From positions 1,408,001-1,472,000 of the forward strand of contig CAWKDC010000001.1 in the NCBI GenBank assembly GCA_963848305.1: a stretch of 64,000 bases of DNA, read 5' to 3'. The position numbers were made by a program, and so were the translations under genes. The notes beneath the pieces were generated by a model. The model made no database searches, was not told where the DNA came from, and saw only the letters and a list, made by a program, of their open reading frames with translations. Shown here piece by piece: positions 61,272-64,000 of this stretch (positions within the stretch are counted from its first letter, which is position 1; each line of letters starts with the position of its first letter). This stretch comes from an uncultured Gammaproteobacteria bacterium (lineage in GTDB: Bacteria; Pseudomonadota; Gammaproteobacteria; JABCZS01).

Positions 61272-62008
61272 CAATCAGTAAACATCAATTGAATGATTTT
61301 GAAGTCCTTTGGGCACACGAAGCGGATCAAGTAGAAGAGGGTAATGATAAAAAAACAGGCGGGCATTCGCATGTCGTGCATTTTGTGACAAATGATGCTG
61401 AGCCCGCGCACGTGTACATGAAAAAGCAATACAATTACAGCACGCGATGGTCACGTTTGATCGGGAGGCCCCGCTCAGTGTGTTGTCGTGAATATGACAA
61501 TATTGCTGCATGGAAAAAATTGGGTATCCCCACATTAGATGCTTTGTATTGTGCTGAGCGTTACAATCCATTGCGCGCTCTGTTGATCACCTCCGCATTG
61601 GATGGCTATTTGCCCTTGAATGAATATTTATTGACTGTGTCCGAAGAAAAACGTGGTCACATCTTACAAGACGTGGGTCGATTGATCCGCCGTATTCATG
61701 CTGCACATTGGGCGTATCGTTGCTGTTATCCAAAGCATTTGTTTGTGTCTGTGGCAACCGGTGAAATTAAGATCATTGATTTGGAAAAGGCACGCAGGTC
61801 ATGGATATGGATGTATGATCATCTCCGGGATTTGTCTGCGTTTGATCGACGCATGGTGTGGCAGAGCAAGGCAGAGCGCCAGGCATTCTACGATGCTTAT
61901 TTTGAAAAGACGTCGAGGCTATACCGTCAGTTGACAATGTATTGTTTGGGTCGCATGAATGTGAGAAAGAACCTTTATAATGGACATCAGTCTCCTGAAC
62001 TGCCGTAA
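61268..62008 (+). CDS. Lipopolysaccharide kinase (InaA/WaaP/Kdo family)
   Basis: VEEGN...GGHSHV, YMKKQ, RALLITSALDGY, CCYPKHLFV, IIDLEKAR. Confidence 0.82.
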   Translation: MTISKHQLNDFEVLWAHEADQVEEGNDKKTGGHSHVVHFVTNDAEPAHVYMKKQYNYSTRWSRLIGRPRSVCCREYDNIAAWKKLGIPTLDALYCAERYNPLRALLITSALDGYLPLNEYLLTVSEEKRGHILQDVGRLIRRIHAAHWAYRCCYPKHLFVSVATGEIKIIDLEKARRSWIWMYDHLRDLSAFDRRMVWQSKAERQAFYDAYFEKTSRLYRQLTMYCLGRMNVRKNLYNGHQSPELP

Positions 62009-62065
62009 ATGTAGGGAAGGGGGTTGCCGAGATCCTTAAATCCGTGTATCCTTGCCACATTGTCC

Positions 62066-62157
62066 GGAGAGATGGCCGAGCGGCTGAAGGCACTCCCCTG
62101 CTAAGGGAGTATAGGGCTAAAACCTTATCGAGGGTTCGAATCCCTCTCTCTCCGCCA
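62066..62157 (+). tRNA. tRNA-Ser(GCT)
   Basis: GGAGAGATGGCCGAGCGGCTGAAGGCACTCCCCTGCTAAGGGAG...GGTTCGAATCCCTCTCTCTCCGCCA; promoter-like TTGCCG-N17-TATCCT at 62024-62052. Confidence 0.97.
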
Positions 62158-64000
62158 CTATGTTAATTCACCCAATATCTCCCACGCCCTCGCAATCACA
62201 TTCGCCGGCAACCCTGATTTCTCAGCCACTTGAATGCCGTAACTCTTATTCGCCGGTCCTGTTTTCACGCTGTGTAAAAATATCAATTCACCGTCCTGTT
62301 CCGTGGCGGTTAAATGCACATTTTGGATGGATAAAAACTCAACTGGCAGTGAGGTCAATTCAAAATAATGCGTCGCAAATAAGGTGAACGCACGTGTGGT
62401 AGAAGCCAAATGTTCGGCAATGCTGCGGGCGAGGCTCATGCCATCAAATGTAGACGTGCCACGGCCAATTTCATCAATCAATACGAGACTTTTTTCTGTC
62501 GCGCGCGATAAGATCGCAGACATTTCCGTCATTTCCACCATGAACGTTGAATGTCCTGCACTGAGATCATCGGCACTGCCTATGCGTGTGTAAATCGCAT
62601 CAATGGGTCCCAGTCGCGCAGATGTTGCAGGCACAAAAGAACCGATCGCTGCTAAAATAACCATCAAAGCAGTTTGTCGCATGTACGTGGATTTGCCGCC
62701 CATGTTGGGGCCGGTGATCAATAACATGCGCGTTGCATCATTTAATAACAAATCATTTGGAATAAACGGGTGCGATAAAGTCTGCTCAACCATTAAATGG
62801 CGGCCGCCGACAATCTCAATGCCGGGTGTGTCAACCCACGTCGGGCAAGATAAATGCAAGGCTTGTGCACGCTCTGCAAAATTGCAGACGACATCAGTTT
62901 GTGCAATAAACTGTGCCCATGCTTGGAGCGTTTTAACATCTGGCAACAAACGATCCAATAATTGATCATATAAATATTTTTCTCGAGACAAAGCGCGCTC
63001 GTGTGCGCTCAGAATTTTATCTTCAAAGGATTTCAATTCATCCGTGATGTATCGCTCTACGTTTTTCAAAGTTTGGCGGCGATGGTATCGCGTGGGCGCC
63101 AAATGCGCATTCGCGCGAGACAATTCAATATAATATCCGTGCACACTGTTAAAGCCGACTTTCACTTGCGATGTGCCCAGTGCTTCTTTTTCCTTTTGTT
63201 CGAGTAACAGCAAGAAACTGCTGGCATCGTTGCTCAGGGCGCGTAATTCGTCAAGCGTTTCATCATATCCTGTGGCGATCACGCCGCCATCTCGGATAAG
63301 CAATGCAGGTTCTTCCTGAATGGCACGGCACAATAAAGTGTATAGATCATTGACTGTGGGTAGTGACTTTAATTGCGCGTGAAGATAATTGTTCGAAATT
63401 GTATTTAATTCATCTTGCAACAACGGTAACAAAGCCAACGTTCTGCGCAGTGCCGTTAAGTCACGAGGGCGTGCTTGTTTCAGCGCAATACGGGCTGTGA
63501 TGCGCTCCATATCAGCGATGTGTTTTAAATGGTTGCCAATCGTTAAATAATGTTGTTTCTCAATGAATGCATGCACTGCGGATTGTGTGCGTTGAATGTG
63601 CGTTACATCCATCAATGGCGCCAGTATTAATCGTTTCAATAAACGGCTGCCCATCAATGTATGCGTGCGATCGATGACACTCAATAAAGTGTGTTCTTTT
63701 CCGCCACGTGTATTTTTCACCAACTCTAAATGGCGTTGGGTTTGTGCATCCATGTATAATGTCATGACATGGTCGAGTGATTGAGGGATTTTTAAATGCG
63801 GCAGAGCGACTTGATGCGTTTCATCTAAATAGCGCAACACAGCGCCTAGTGCACAGAGTAATGGTTCACTCGTGAAGGGCGGTTTGCCCCACTGCATCTG
63901 TGTGCGCATTTGGCTTTGCATAGCATTAAAATAAGTGTCTGGTAGACAGTGAGCTGTTTTGCAAGTTTTGGCCAGTGTATGCAACATGGGATGATCGGAT
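62158..64000 (-). CDS. mutS: DNA mismatch repair protein MutS, 5'-partial
   Basis: RRQTLKNVERY, ITGPNMGGKSTYMRQ, STFMVEM, DEIGRGTSTFDG, FATHYFELT, SYGIQVA. Confidence 0.97.
   Translation of the reverse strand, partial: SDHPMLHTLAKTCKTAHCLPDTYFNAMQSQMRTQMQWGKPPFTSEPLLCALGAVLRYLDETHQVALPHLKIPQSLDHVMTLYMDAQTQRHLELVKNTRGGKEHTLLSVIDRTHTLMGSRLLKRLILAPLMDVTHIQRTQSAVHAFIEKQHYLTIGNHLKHIADMERITARIALKQARPRDLTALRRTLALLPLLQDELNTISNNYLHAQLKSLPTVNDLYTLLCRAIQEEPALLIRDGGVIATGYDETLDELRALSNDASSFLLLLEQKEKEALGTSQVKVGFNSVHGYYIELSRANAHLAPTRYHRRQTLKNVERYITDELKSFEDKILSAHERALSREKYLYDQLLDRLLPDVKTLQAWAQFIAQTDVVCNFAERAQALHLSCPTWVDTPGIEIVGGRHLMVEQTLSHPFIPNDLLLNDATRMLLITGPNMGGKSTYMRQTALMVILAAIGSFVPATSARLGPIDAIYTRIGSADDLSAGHSTFMVEMTEMSAILSRATEKSLVLIDEIGRGTSTFDGMSLARSIAEHLASTTRAFTLFATHYFELTSLPVEFLSIQNVHLTATEQDGELIFLHSVKTGPANKSYGIQVAEKSGLPANVIARAWEILGELT

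Overview
A 64-kb chromosomal segment of a Gammaproteobacterium, most likely a host-associated Legionellales/Coxiellales-like organism (inferred from the complete nuoA-N operon with separate nuoC/nuoD and several ankyrin/effector-like orphans). The housekeeping backbone is fba-rho, pth-rplY-prs-tRNA-Gln-ispE-lolB, TPR-hemA-prfA-prmC, nuoA-N, tRNA-Leu, carAB-greA, rpsO-pnp, valS-pepA-lptFG, tRNA-Ser and mutS. It is interrupted by small accessory islets that carry no integrase. Most notable: (i) five AAA_14/DUF4143-type ATPase-nuclease paralogues or remnants, and the four that keep a 5' end each have a different 31-33-bp-periodic operator array over their own promoter; (ii) near-identical, internally deleted duplications of the 3' ends of prmC and pnp bracketing islets; (iii) an ankyrin plus R-S-E ADP-ribosyltransferase-like protein; (iv) an Ank/F-box-like ORF; (v) a promoter with a G10 tract in its spacer; (vi) GTAG-REP and other palindromic repeats. 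Several frameshifts or stops in conserved genes (fba, carB, nuoN) suggest residual assembly errors. All calls are from motif reading only; no database search was run.
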